Of a stretch of DNA of 64,000 nucleotides, positions 38,712-48,980 are shown piece by piece. The first letter of the stretch is position 1; each line of letters opens with the position of its first letter. Both the position numbers and the translations under genes were made by a program. The stretch spans positions 868,001-932,000 of the forward strand of contig NC_019977.1 in the NCBI RefSeq assembly GCF_000328665.1, read 5' to 3'. The notes beneath the pieces were generated by a model. It was not told the DNA's origin. It saw only the letters and a list, made by a program, of their open reading frames with translations, and ran no database searches. Source of the stretch: Methanomethylovorans hollandica DSM 15978 (GTDB taxonomy: Archaea; Halobacteriota; Methanosarcinia; Methanosarcinales; Methanosarcinaceae).

Positions 38712-39182
38712 TTATTTTTTCTCAGCTTCCTTCAAGAAATTCAACCATCTGCGTATCTCTTCTGTCCTTTGTGTTGAAAACATCTCATGAAACTCTTTTT
38801 CCCTCTTTTTGGAGACCCCTTCTTTTATCTCTCTAAGATCCATTATTGCACGCAACAACCCGGCAGTCTCATCAGAAAGAGTTTTGGCCTCTTCACGGGT
38901 CATTTCTTTAGTTTCCAGCTCAAGTTCATCTACACTTTCTTTTTCCTTAAGTACGGCGATGCATTTTTCTATCTGCTTATTTTCATCATCTGATAATGTT
39001 TCCTTATTGATCAAGTCCCATACTCTGTCATGAGGCTTGCATTTTTTCCCATTAATCTCCACAAAATAGGGTATCTTTTCCCCCACCCAGAAAAGACGGG
39101 TACGTAATTCGGCAAGAAGCTTCTTTCTTTCGCTTTCAGTGATGAGCAGGCTACTGCCCCCATTATCTGTGCCATCATCCAT
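38712..39182 (-). CDS. Conserved euryarchaeal helical protein (DUF5788-like)
   Basis: ER..LL..L......VGE.IP, GLLRAIMDL, RW..FL pattern. Confidence 0.7.
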   Translation of the reverse strand: MDDGTDNGGSSLLITESERKKLLAELRTRLFWVGEKIPYFVEINGKKCKPHDRVWDLINKETLSDDENKQIEKCIAVLKEKESVDELELETKEMTREEAKTLSDETAGLLRAIMDLREIKEGVSKKREKEFHEMFSTQRTEEIRRWLNFLKEAEKK

Positions 39183-39225
39183 GATTATACCCTCATATCT
39201 AAATGTATTGATGAATATTAGTTTA

Positions 39226-39438
39226 GGCTCTCTTCAACATCTTGTGGGTAATTGCAGCACCAGTACATCACCAATCCCCCATAAAATAACAATTCACTGT
39301 ATACTAAATATCTGCTGAAATTAGGAATCCACATCGTGTGACATAGTTGTTATGACCGCCAAAATCAGTTCAGTAAATCAGAATACTCTTTTACTCCAAA
39401 TCCCTTCCGAATTTACCCACTCAATGTTGTGGAGATCC
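39226..39438. mobile_element. MITE-like element, copy 3 (213 bp)
   Basis: GGCTCTCTTCAACATCTTGTGGGTAA ... TTACCCACTCAATGTTGTGGAGATCC; same length and same right TIR as copy 1. Confidence 0.85.
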
Positions 39439-39513
39439 AGAAAAAGAAGAGTTTTGAGATATGATCCTTCAATAATTTTCATTTTTTAGTTCTAATGCAG
39501 GCATCCGGATATT

Positions 39514-40101
39514 TTAACTGCGCGAGGAATCAAAATCGAATCCCAGCAGGAAAGTACCTGTCCCGTGGGGATATTCAAGTCCCATCTTCCCCTTCAGATA
39601 TTCATCGCTTGGCGTGGAAGGTGATGCGAGGACTACATTGCATACCTTATCTACACACTCTAATTCCTTACAGGTCTTCGGTGGCATTACAACAACCAAC
39701 GGGTTGGTCTTGGCATTCATTCCTTTGAGGACACTGGTGTCGTATATGACAATGTTAGCAATCACGAGTTTATCCTTGCATGCCCTCATTTCCTCGAGTT
39801 TAGTCTCATCGTCAAGGTCATGGCCTACAACACGCTCGCCGTGCATGAGGATTATATTTGGGCCCTCTGGCCAGTTGAAGTCCATGTTTGTGGTAAAAGC
39901 GAAGACTACATTATTTTTAAGGACTGCCTTGACACCTTTGTTGTCACCCCTGCCAAGTCCCATCAGGGTCATCTCATCAGCTTTCTTCTCAAGTTCCCTG
40001 ACAATCTCCCGATTCTCTTCATTGAGCAAATAGGTAGTTTCTACACCCTCCATATGGACAATAACATTTTTTACATTATCAATGATATTCTCATGTTCCA
40101 C
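39514..40101 (-). CDS. Hypothetical protein
   Basis: GGAG RBS before GTG 40101; globular composition; no motif recognised. Confidence 0.7.
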   Translation of the reverse strand: MEHENIIDNVKNVIVHMEGVETTYLLNEENREIVRELEKKADEMTLMGLGRGDNKGVKAVLKNNVVFAFTTNMDFNWPEGPNIILMHGERVVGHDLDDETKLEEMRACKDKLVIANIVIYDTSVLKGMNAKTNPLVVVMPPKTCKELECVDKVCNVVLASPSTPSDEYLKGKMGLEYPHGTGTFLLGFDFDSSRS

Positions 40102-40341
40102 GTATACTCCTTCCTTGGTACTGTGCAGTTGAAGCCTTACAGCAATCAAAACCCCTCATACAACTATTGTATGAAGTTGTATTTATGCTTTTGAAACGAG
40201 TTCAATAGAAAAAGAAAGTGTTTTCAAAGATGCCCATCACTCTTTATACTGAAATCAAGTTCATCTCTTTTGCTTTCAAACTCCTTCCTTACAGCCTGAA
40301 GTTCAAATGATAGAGATCATCGTTAATCTGAAATGTTATCC

Positions 40342-40920
40342 CTATTTTTTCATTTTAGACATCACATTCTGCTGGATAATTTGCTCATATTTTCTCCAGC
40401 TATTCTCATCAATTTCCGACATGAGATATTTTGGAGCTTCACTCCTTTCCTTACCCCTATAGGAGTCAATTGCCTCCTGAATTATTTCTTGGTCTGTAGT
40501 ACCAATAAGATCTATAACCTCTATTTCCCGTATGAACCGGTTGATTGCAGCCAGAGGGATCTCGTCAAGGTAAGGTATTACTCCGTTTGAACCAATTATC
40601 TTCTTGTAACCACCTAAAGTAGAAACCCCGTTTTCTACAAGTGCCAGTATGGACTGGCCTGCAAAGTGACTGCTTTCTTTTCCACAGACTATCAGACAGC
40701 TTATTTTAGGATTAGAGAGAATATTGACAATTACTTTCTGAATTCCAAAATTCTCTGTAAAACATGTTCCACAGATGGCATAGTTATGCAAGCCCAGCTT
40801 TTTATAGTCAGAAGCAAGCGTCACGACCGCAACCGGGGAATCCGGATCCCCTATGACATAATCACCGTCAGTTAAGGGCCAGCCGTTCATATCTATTGAC
40901 TCTGTTGCAGTTATGGACAT
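40342..40920 (-). CDS. Soluble MtrA-like corrinoid protein (H4MPT S-methyltransferase subunit A paralog)
   Basis: WP...GDY.IGDP.SPVAV.TLAS, TEN.GI.KV..N..SNP, CG.E..HFAGQS (His ligand), IIGS.G.IPYL; no C-terminal TM anchor. Confidence 0.88.
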   Translation of the reverse strand: MSITATESIDMNGWPLTDGDYVIGDPDSPVAVVTLASDYKKLGLHNYAICGTCFTENFGIQKVIVNILSNPKISCLIVCGKESSHFAGQSILALVENGVSTLGGYKKIIGSNGVIPYLDEIPLAAINRFIREIEVIDLIGTTDQEIIQEAIDSYRGKERSEAPKYLMSEIDENSWRKYEQIIQQNVMSKMKK

Positions 40921-40957
40921 CCACCTATATTTGATAGTTATTTTATTCAATTAAGTT

Positions 40958-41356
40958 TCAATTAACCAAAGCATTTTCTACTTTGGCAATGATATCATTT
41001 ACCTCAGTTTCTTCCAGATCCAGCTTTCCTTCCTTTTTCATACCAAATTCGGTTATTACTATGCTTTTATCGACTGTGAATCCTGCACGTTCAAGTGTTT
41101 TTTTTGCACATACAAGGGCGCAGCCGTCGATGGCAATGATCTCATCGGTTCCCTCAGTGCTTTTTATGATACCAGGGACACCGCCTCCAATCCCGACGGT
41201 GCACATCATCTTGCCTTTTCCTTTTTTCGTGAGTTCAACAGCTACTTTATTTGCCATCTGTCCAACATTACATGCGCCAGCGCATGCATACAGTCCGACG
41301 ATCGCAGCTTCACACGCACATTTTACTCCGTCTGCCATTTTAATTTCTCCTGCCAT
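40958..41356 (-). CDS. DGC-domain putative zinc-binding protein
   Basis: YACAGACNVGQ and IAIDGC...CAKK. Confidence 0.88.
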   Translation of the reverse strand: MAGEIKMADGVKCACEAAIVGLYACAGACNVGQMANKVAVELTKKGKGKMMCTVGIGGGVPGIIKSTEGTDEIIAIDGCALVCAKKTLERAGFTVDKSIVITEFGMKKEGKLDLEETEVNDIIAKVENALVN

Positions 41357-41369
41357 GATATTGCCTCCT

Positions 41370-41603
41370 TTATTTAGAGAGCCATTCCTTAACTTTCTCA
41401 ACTGTCGGGATCTTCCCTGCTATCTTTACATCACCATCGACCACAACGGCAGGAGTGATCATCACACCATAATCAAGTGCAGCGTTCATGTCTTCAACCT
41501 TCACGACCTCGGCAACGATGCCAAGTTCAGCAACCGCCTGTTCAACGATCTCTTTTGTTTTCTTACATTTTGCACAACCGGTTCCAAGTATTTCTATTTT
41601 CAT
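41370..41603 (-). CDS. Small redox-active disulfide protein (MTH895/ArsE-like thioredoxin)
   Basis: MKIEILGTGCAKC...YGVMITPAVVVDG. Confidence 0.9.
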   Translation of the reverse strand: MKIEILGTGCAKCKKTKEIVEQAVAELGIVAEVVKVEDMNAALDYGVMITPAVVVDGDVKIAGKIPTVEKVKEWLSK

Positions 41604-41656
41604 GTGATCACCTTTCTAAATAATATCTAAGTAATGTACTAATAAAAACCAACTGA

Positions 41657-42346
41657 TTAATACCCTCTTTTCAATATTAAGATCAATTCATCGGTATTTG
41701 GCATGTTTGCCCTTATCTTCCCGAAAACGTCCTCCATATCATATTCAACTCTAACGATCTCGGCCTCCAATGTATCTGTATTGAATATTGCACAGCTTGC
41801 ACGAGTATCTCCATCCCTGGGCTGACCCACTGAACCCGGATTCACCAATGTTACATCTCCTATCTTCCTGATGAATGGAAGATGAGAATGACCTATGAAT
41901 ATAAAGTCTGCTTCAACTTCTTTTATATACTCTTGAATTGTCGCTTCCGGAGTATCCGGCTTGATGTAATCATGAAAGGATAATGGGCTACCGTGTGTGA
42001 AGTAGAGCTTTTTCCCTTTCTGGGTCCTTTCAAAACTTTGAGGAAGCTTGCGAAGGAACTCTATCTGCTCATCATTCAAGACATTCCATGTGTATTCTCT
42101 CGTTGATTGGGAGAGGTGCTTATATGCATAGCCACAGCCACAATCCATCCTGAAAGCCACTGCACTGTCATGATTTCCCATGATGGTAGTTATCTTTTGT
42201 TCCGTCAGCACATCGATGCACTCGCCTGGGGAGGGGCCATAGTCTACGAGGTCCCCCAGACAGATAACTTCATCATGGGGTACAGCCATGACCGCGTCCA
42301 GGGCTTCTTTGTTTCCATGGACATCCGAAATGATCAGCAATCTCAT
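41657..42346 (-). CDS. Calcineurin-like metallophosphoesterase (YfcE/MJ0936-like)
   Basis: SDVHGN, GDLVDYGP, GNHD, HGSP, GHSH, NPGSVGQPRDGD; extra DCGCG. Confidence 0.92.
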   Translation of the reverse strand: MRLLIISDVHGNKEALDAVMAVPHDEVICLGDLVDYGPSPGECIDVLTEQKITTIMGNHDSAVAFRMDCGCGYAYKHLSQSTREYTWNVLNDEQIEFLRKLPQSFERTQKGKKLYFTHGSPLSFHDYIKPDTPEATIQEYIKEVEADFIFIGHSHLPFIRKIGDVTLVNPGSVGQPRDGDTRASCAIFNTDTLEAEIVRVEYDMEDVFGKIRANMPNTDELILILKRGY

Positions 42347-42366
42347 AGATCTACCTCTTTTTCTTA

Positions 42367-43407
42367 TCAAAGCATATAATAGTCAAATACAATTCCCGAG
42401 ATCATTGCCATTATGACTACCAGTCCGATATATGAAAGTCCTTTTTTAACTCCCATGATCCTGCTGATCACTATCATGCTGGGAAGGCTAAGTGCAGGAC
42501 CTGCCAAGAGCATTGAAAGAGCAGGACCTTTAGCCATGCCGAGCAATGTCAGCGCACTGATAATAGGAACTTCTGTAAGTGTGGAGAAATACATTAGCGC
42601 TGCAGTAACAGAAGCGATGAAGTAAGAGAGCAGGTTGTTACCACCCACATATTTGACCACTATCTCGGAGGGAAGCAGCTCTACCAGAATGCCTGCAAAG
42701 AATACTCCTACGAGCAAAAGGGGAGCTATCATCTTTACAAGGAACCAGGTCTCCTGCATCCAGCTAGCCCGCTCTTCTGCGGTATACCACTTGAAAGACA
42801 GGTACACAGTAGCAGCTATGAGCGGGATCTCCACCAGAGCAAGATATGTCCAGGATTTAATGATCTCAGGGATGACAAGTATTGCAAGCAGCAGCATGAA
42901 AAGCTGAACGGTGTGGGCGTGCTCTTCTGAGTTAAAGGTCTTTATGCCATTGTGGCCACCATTGTTCTTCTCATATACTACATGCATTATCAATCCAATG
43001 ATAACCGACAGAAGAATTGCACCCACTGCCCTGGCTACTCCGATATCATAACCCAGGATCTTTGCAGTATAGACAATAGCCAGGATATTGATAGCAGGTG
43101 CAGAGAAAAGAAAAGTGGTGGCTGGTCCTATGCCAGCTCCCCTTTTATAGATGCCGGCGAACAACGGGAGCACAGTACAGCTGCATACTGCAAGGAGACA
43201 GCCGGATACTGCAGCGACGGAATAGGAAATATATTTTGGCGTACTTGCACCAAAGTATTTTAGCACCGACTCCTTTGAGAAGAGCGATGCAATAGCACCT
43301 GCCAGGAAAAAGGCCGGGATCAGGCAGAGCAGCACATGCAATGCCAGGTATTCCTGGACCGATTGCAGACCAACATTTATTAGGTGTATAAGAGAATCTT
43401 GTAGCAT
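42367..43407 (-). CDS. ArsP/DUF318 permease
   Basis: HVLLCLIPAFF, AVCSCTVLP, YFSTLTEVP, GPALSLP; start taken at ATG 43407. Confidence 0.88.
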   Translation of the reverse strand: MLQDSLIHLINVGLQSVQEYLALHVLLCLIPAFFLAGAIASLFSKESVLKYFGASTPKYISYSVAAVSGCLLAVCSCTVLPLFAGIYKRGAGIGPATTFLFSAPAINILAIVYTAKILGYDIGVARAVGAILLSVIIGLIMHVVYEKNNGGHNGIKTFNSEEHAHTVQLFMLLLAILVIPEIIKSWTYLALVEIPLIAATVYLSFKWYTAEERASWMQETWFLVKMIAPLLLVGVFFAGILVELLPSEIVVKYVGGNNLLSYFIASVTAALMYFSTLTEVPIISALTLLGMAKGPALSMLLAGPALSLPSMIVISRIMGVKKGLSYIGLVVIMAMISGIVFDYYML

Positions 43408-43410
43408 ATA

Positions 43411-43469
43411 TTTCAAATATATTTGAAGCATTGTATTTAAAGCTTGTTGTTTCAAAAATAATTGAAACA
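43411..43469. promoter_or_regulatory. Tandem putative ArsR operators upstream of the permease-to-MtrA operon
   Basis: TTTCAA-ATATAT-TTGAAG (43411-43428) and TGTTTCAA-AAATAA-TTGAAACA (43448-43469), next to a TATATA box. Confidence 0.72.
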
Positions 43470-43529
43470 CATATATATGAGAACTACCATGAATTAAGTG
43501 ATCATCAATTCAAAGAATGGAGTATCGGT

Positions 43530-43844
43530 ATGGCAAATGTAACTGTAAATTCGAATATATGTGGTTTTGTGCATAAGATCCATGGAGAAAAAGCTGGTAA
43601 AAATATAGTCATAGACATCGAAACTGATTGTGGGAAGATCAAAAAGATGTCGCATATGGAAATACCCATGGACCAGACGCTTGACATCAGGGACAATTAT
43701 GTTATGATAAAAGCCCAAGAGGCGCAATGCTCTTCAAACTGCCTTGTACCTTGTGGAATATTGCATGTATGCAGAATAGAAATGGGACTTCTGTCTTCAT
43801 CATTAGCTAAAAAGTCAGGAGATATCAACATTTCCTTTGAATAA
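43530..43844 (+). CDS. Small Cys-containing conserved protein (DUF6951-like)
   Basis: ICGF.H.I, IETDC..I, C..NCLVPCGIL, E.GL pattern. Confidence 0.7.
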   Translation: MANVTVNSNICGFVHKIHGEKAGKNIVIDIETDCGKIKKMSHMEIPMDQTLDIRDNYVMIKAQEAQCSSNCLVPCGILHVCRIEMGLLSSSLAKKSGDINISFE

Positions 43845-43898
43845 CTTGATCCTTTAAAAATACAAAGATCAGAACACATGTTTTATCTGAGGAAAAGA

Positions 43899-45878
43899 TC
43901 ATAGGAAAACTGCCTTGTTATTGTATGTTCCTCTGATAGCCATCATGGGATCTCCAACTCCCACGACTGTAATTCTTGTCTCTATCGGAGGATGAGGCCA
44001 GTTGTCAGGAGATGTTGTGTGCTTTGATACATTTATGATCGTATCTTCTTTTATTATACCGCATCGTTTCTCATAGTTAAGTACCTGGGAGTGACCCATT
44101 TTCGTAGCATAATCCACAGCATCACTATATCTTTCAAAACGTTCCCTGCCTTCAGAGGAAAATACAAGAAAGTCACTATCCGGATTCATCAAAGAAGCCG
44201 GTTTTATCATTATTTCCACCCTTTTTACACTTTTCCCGACAAGTGCCCCGACAGCATTCCCCACACTGGCAAATTGCGGAACCTGCACATCTGCATCGAT
44301 CAGGGATTTCAATTCATCCACATATGCAGAAACCGGCCCTCCAAGCAATACCACAGGAATATCTGTCTTGAACCTTGCAGGATAGTTACCGCTCAGAACT
44401 TCATCGATTGCATTTTGTGGAATAGTAGGTATAAGGAAGGACATTAGATCATGGGCCATATTAAAGGCAAAAAGGTCTTTGACATGTCTGCAGAACTCGT
44501 ATTTGCCCATGTTCGCATATTTTGACAGGTAAGTAGCTCCTGTTTCCGATGCTTCTTTGTTCCATTGCCCATATTCCCCAAGTACATGGAGCACATCTGT
44601 AGGCGTAAAGCCGATGGACTGTACAAGCCTTTTATTTATGAGCGAATCAATCGCTTTATCAACGAGCATCATTTCTCTTGCATCTGCCATATCAGTGAGT
44701 TCAACAATGGAAACCGGCTCATCACCTATTGAACTGAGTATCTCCTTTTCCTTTACCTGCAGGCCGGTAGCTTCATACTCAGTTCTGATCACAAACTTGG
44801 TCTGCTGATAGTTTTCGCCTGTGTCCTTACGCAAGACCATTTTACTATGTTTCAGTAAATGAAGAAAACCAGGGAAAAGCTCTGCTGCAACACACAGAGG
44901 AATAACTCTTCTGGGACCGATATGCACATTTTTATCTTTGACCCACACATGACTATCCCCTCCCAGAGCTGAAGTTTCCATAGTCATGGCTTTTACCCGT
45001 GTTTTCCAGCCACCCACCATGCAACCTTCGGAACTGATCTGGGGGATACCACCTTTTATTGATGATACGTCCGTGCTTGTTCCCCCCACATCAATAACTG
45101 CACAAGTGTCTACCTTTGCAAGGTAGGAGGCGCCGAGGATGCTTGCAGCCGGTCCTGAAAATATGGTTTCGATGGGCCTCTCCAATGCATCCTCTATATT
45201 GTAGACCGAACCATCACACTTGAGCATCAAGAGCCTTCCATCGATCCCTCTCTTCTTGATATCTAAAGCTACACCATTGACAAATTGACATGTGACAGGG
45301 ATCAGCTGCGCATTGAGAGCTGCAGTTACAGCTCTTTCATAAACTCCCAGTTCCTGTGAAAGCTCGTGCCCACACACGACCGGCAGGTCTGTGATACTAT
45401 GGATCATGCTCTTTACAGCAAGTTCATGCTCAGGGTTGCGGGTGCCAAAGTAAGCGGATACAGCATAGGCTGAAACCCAGGACCTGGATGCTTCTACATA
45501 CTCTCTGACAGCTTCAATGTCTAAGGGATACTCTTCTTCACCGTTAGTATCATGGCCCCCTGAAACAAAAATAATACTTTCAGCAGGATATACTTGATCG
45601 GTTGCCTGTTCTCCTACTAATATAAGTCCTACAGGCCTGCCGGTGTTTTCAAGAAGCGCATTTGTGGAAAGTGTCGTGGATACTGATACAAGATTAACAT
45701 CTTTCAGATATTGCTGGTCCAGTGAATCCAGAACATTCGTAATTCCCTGCTGGATGTCAGGGTAAGTGGTAAAAGATTTTTTTGCATCAATGACCGCTCC
45801 ATCAGACCCTCGTACAATAACAGCATCAGTATAAGTTCCCCCGGCATCAATCCCTAAACCATAATGCATTCTTACCAC
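43899..45878 (-). CDS. Hydantoinase/oxoprolinase family protein
   Basis: GIDAGGTYTDAV, STTLSTNA, SGPAAS, DVGGTSTD, GGDS, NAVGA. Confidence 0.92.
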   Translation of the reverse strand: MVRMHYGLGIDAGGTYTDAVIVRGSDGAVIDAKKSFTTYPDIQQGITNVLDSLDQQYLKDVNLVSVSTTLSTNALLENTGRPVGLILVGEQATDQVYPAESIIFVSGGHDTNGEEEYPLDIEAVREYVEASRSWVSAYAVSAYFGTRNPEHELAVKSMIHSITDLPVVCGHELSQELGVYERAVTAALNAQLIPVTCQFVNGVALDIKKRGIDGRLLMLKCDGSVYNIEDALERPIETIFSGPAASILGASYLAKVDTCAVIDVGGTSTDVSSIKGGIPQISSEGCMVGGWKTRVKAMTMETSALGGDSHVWVKDKNVHIGPRRVIPLCVAAELFPGFLHLLKHSKMVLRKDTGENYQQTKFVIRTEYEATGLQVKEKEILSSIGDEPVSIVELTDMADAREMMLVDKAIDSLINKRLVQSIGFTPTDVLHVLGEYGQWNKEASETGATYLSKYANMGKYEFCRHVKDLFAFNMAHDLMSFLIPTIPQNAIDEVLSGNYPARFKTDIPVVLLGGPVSAYVDELKSLIDADVQVPQFASVGNAVGALVGKSVKRVEIMIKPASLMNPDSDFLVFSSEGRERFERYSDAVDYATKMGHSQVLNYEKRCGIIKEDTIINVSKHTTSPDNWPHPPIETRITVVGVGDPMMAIRGTYNNKAVFL

Positions 45879-46205
45879 CTTTTAAATGAGATATTGTTGA
45901 TCACCTTATTTTTTAGCTGTAACCAGATAAACAAAAAAGGGGAGAGTAAATATCGTTAATCTTTATACTTAAATAGTGTTTCAAAGATATTTAAAACACT
46001 TGCTTGAACTCTTGAAAAGGAAATTAGTGCAAAGTAGTTTATGGTACAAACCCTATGACCACTTTTTCTTATAGTCCTTAAATAGTGACATGCGTTCACA
46101 AATTTAATGTACTATATAATTTCTTGTGGATGATTGTTCACTGGTATTTAAAAGAAGATATTATATGATTACATATAAATAGCATAATTACTATGAGTAA
46201 TATTT

Positions 46206-46766
46206 ATGCACCTTCCCACACCAGATAGTATCCGGCAGAAAAGGAACGAACTTGGGCTTACCCAGAGTGAACTGGCAAAACGGGCAGGTGTAAGCCAGCC
46301 ACTGATAGCACGTATCGAAGCAGGCGATGTTGATCCGCGCCTTTCCGCTCTTAAACGCATTTTTGCCGCTTTCGATGAGAGCGAGAATGAAAGTCAAGTG
46401 GTGGCAAGGAATATTATGAACACCATGGTTATATCCATCAGTGCTGAAGAGCCGGTAGATGCCGCCGTTAAGATCATGGAAGAGAACGACATTTCGCAGA
46501 TCCCTGTGGTGGAGAATGGAGTGCCCATAGGGAGTATATCGGAAGAGACTATCGTTCGATCCATGACTGATAAAAAAGCTATGGAAGTCTCAAAGATGAA
46601 GATACGAGACCTCATGGGTGATACTTTCCCTGTTATCTCGCCCGGGACCCATGTAAAAGTGGTGTCCCATCTTCTCGAAACAACACCTGCAGTGATAGTT
46701 TTGGAAAGCGGGCAGATAGCAGGTGTTGTCACAAAACACGATCTTATGAAATTATTGCGCGGATGA
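46206..46766 (+). CDS. XRE-HTH plus CBS-domain transcriptional regulator
   Basis: LTQSELAKRAGVSQPLIARIEAGDVDPRLS followed by a CBS pair. Confidence 0.92.
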   Translation: MHLPTPDSIRQKRNELGLTQSELAKRAGVSQPLIARIEAGDVDPRLSALKRIFAAFDESENESQVVARNIMNTMVISISAEEPVDAAVKIMEENDISQIPVVENGVPIGSISEETIVRSMTDKKAMEVSKMKIRDLMGDTFPVISPGTHVKVVSHLLETTPAVIVLESGQIAGVVTKHDLMKLLRG

Positions 46767-46879
46767 AGATATCCGCATTCATTATATATAAGGTATACAT
46801 TAAACAGGTCAAATCTTCAACAAATAGAAAAACATATCTTACAGCAAGATCCTTTTATCCAAGATTTCAGGCGATATAT

Positions 46880-48031
46880 ATGAATTTAGAAGATACTTTG
46901 CTTATGATGCCGGGGCCTGTGCCCGTTGCACCAAGGGTATTGAGAGCTATGTCAAAACCTATGATCAATCACAGGAGTAATGCATTCTCTGACATATATG
47001 ATGACTGCAGGCAGATATTAGCCGATGTTTTCAACACCAAGAACGATATTTTTGTACTCAGTGGGTCAGGCACTGCAGCTATGGAAGCTGCTGTGGGCTG
47101 CATCACAAACCCTGAAGACCGTATCATTGCTCTTGAGAATGGTAAATTCGGTGAAAGGTTCAAGAACATCGCAAAAAGGTATGGAAAGGTAGAGCCTCTT
47201 GCATATGAGTGGGGTGACTCCATAGATCTTGGACAGCTGGAAGAGAAGCTGGAGGAAGGAGCAAAGGCAGTCACATTAGTGCACAATGAAACATCAACGG
47301 GAATACTTAACCCTGCAAAAGAAGTAGGGAAACTTGCTAAGGAATACGGTGCACTCTTTATAATGGATGGTGTCACTTCTCTGGGTGGCGACCTTGTCAA
47401 GGTCGATGAATGGAATGTGGACATCGCTTTGGTAGGGTCACAGAAATGCCTGGCCACACCTCCGGGGCTGTCTGCCGTATCTGTGAGCAAGAAGGCATTT
47501 GAAGCCATGGATGAAATGGAGCGTATGCCTTATTATCTGGATCTTAAGGCCTACAAGAAGAGCAGTGAGAAAACCCTGAGAGAGACCCCCTATACCCCTG
47601 CAATACCCCTTTTCTATGCGCTGCAGGAAGCATTGCATATAATAAAAGAAGAGGGTATGGAAGCCAGGATAAAACGTCACTGTACTGAAGCTGCTGCTGT
47701 GAGGGCCGCTGTGGAGGCAATGGGAATAGAGATGTTGCCCAACCTCAAAGAACATAGTCATTATTCAAACACTGTAAGTGCAATGAAAGCACCCGAAGGT
47801 GTCACAGGCAATGATATCAAGAAGGATATGCAGGCAAGAGGTGTTGTAATCGCCGGTGGTCAGGACAGGCTCAGCGGCAAGATATTCCGCATAGGCAATA
47901 TGGGCAATGTCCAGCCTAAAGACATCCTGCTTACAGTTGCCGAGCTTGAGATAGTGCTCAAGAAGCGTGGTATTGTTTCCAGCGTAGGGGCCGGTATAGA
48001 GGCTGCAAGTGACGTGCTGGATACACTCTGA
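46880..48031 (+). CDS. Class V PLP aminotransferase (serine-pyruvate/phosphoserine aminotransferase-like)
   Basis: MMPGP, GSGTAAMEA, HNETSTG, GSQKCL..PPG, FRIGNMG. Confidence 0.92.
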   Translation: MNLEDTLLMMPGPVPVAPRVLRAMSKPMINHRSNAFSDIYDDCRQILADVFNTKNDIFVLSGSGTAAMEAAVGCITNPEDRIIALENGKFGERFKNIAKRYGKVEPLAYEWGDSIDLGQLEEKLEEGAKAVTLVHNETSTGILNPAKEVGKLAKEYGALFIMDGVTSLGGDLVKVDEWNVDIALVGSQKCLATPPGLSAVSVSKKAFEAMDEMERMPYYLDLKAYKKSSEKTLRETPYTPAIPLFYALQEALHIIKEEGMEARIKRHCTEAAAVRAAVEAMGIEMLPNLKEHSHYSNTVSAMKAPEGVTGNDIKKDMQARGVVIAGGQDRLSGKIFRIGNMGNVQPKDILLTVAELEIVLKKRGIVSSVGAGIEAASDVLDTL

Positions 48032-48514
<483 letters not shown>

Positions 48515-48568
48515 AAAATAATTTCAAAATATCTACATTGTTAAAACACAAGTAAAGGTGAATGTCAC

Positions 48569-48973
48569 ATGACCATAAATCTTGGATTTGTCATTGCAGA
48601 ATTTAACAGGGACCTTACCTATCAGATGGAACTGCTGGGTGAAGAACATGCCAAATTTCTGGGAGCCACAGTTAAGGAAAAAATACTTGTCCCGGGAGTA
48701 TATGATATGCCACTTGCCATAAAGAAGCTTTGTAAGAGAGAAGACATAGATGCCGTTGTGACCATTGGTTCTGTCATAGAAGGGGCTACTAAGCACGATG
48801 AGATAGTGGTCCAGCATGCTGCAAGAAAGATCACTGATCTTTCTCTGGAATATGAAAAGCCGGTCACTCTTGGGATTGCCGGCCCGGGGATGTCAAGGCT
48901 TGAGGCCCACGAACGTGTGGACTATGCAAAACGTGCCGTAGAGGCAGCAGTAAAATTAGTACAACGCCTCTGA
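48569..48973 (+). CDS. ribH: 6,7-dimethyl-8-ribityllumazine synthase
   Basis: AEFN..T, VPG.YD.P, G.VI.G.T.HD, KPV.LG. Confidence 0.95.
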   Translation: MTINLGFVIAEFNRDLTYQMELLGEEHAKFLGATVKEKILVPGVYDMPLAIKKLCKREDIDAVVTIGSVIEGATKHDEIVVQHAARKITDLSLEYEKPVTLGIAGPGMSRLEAHERVDYAKRAVEAAVKLVQRL

Positions 48974-48980
48974 AGAAAAA

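Noticed and set aside
43408..43470. N-terminal extension of the ArsP permease
   Set aside because: Covers the operator dyads and promoter region; the real start is likely 43407
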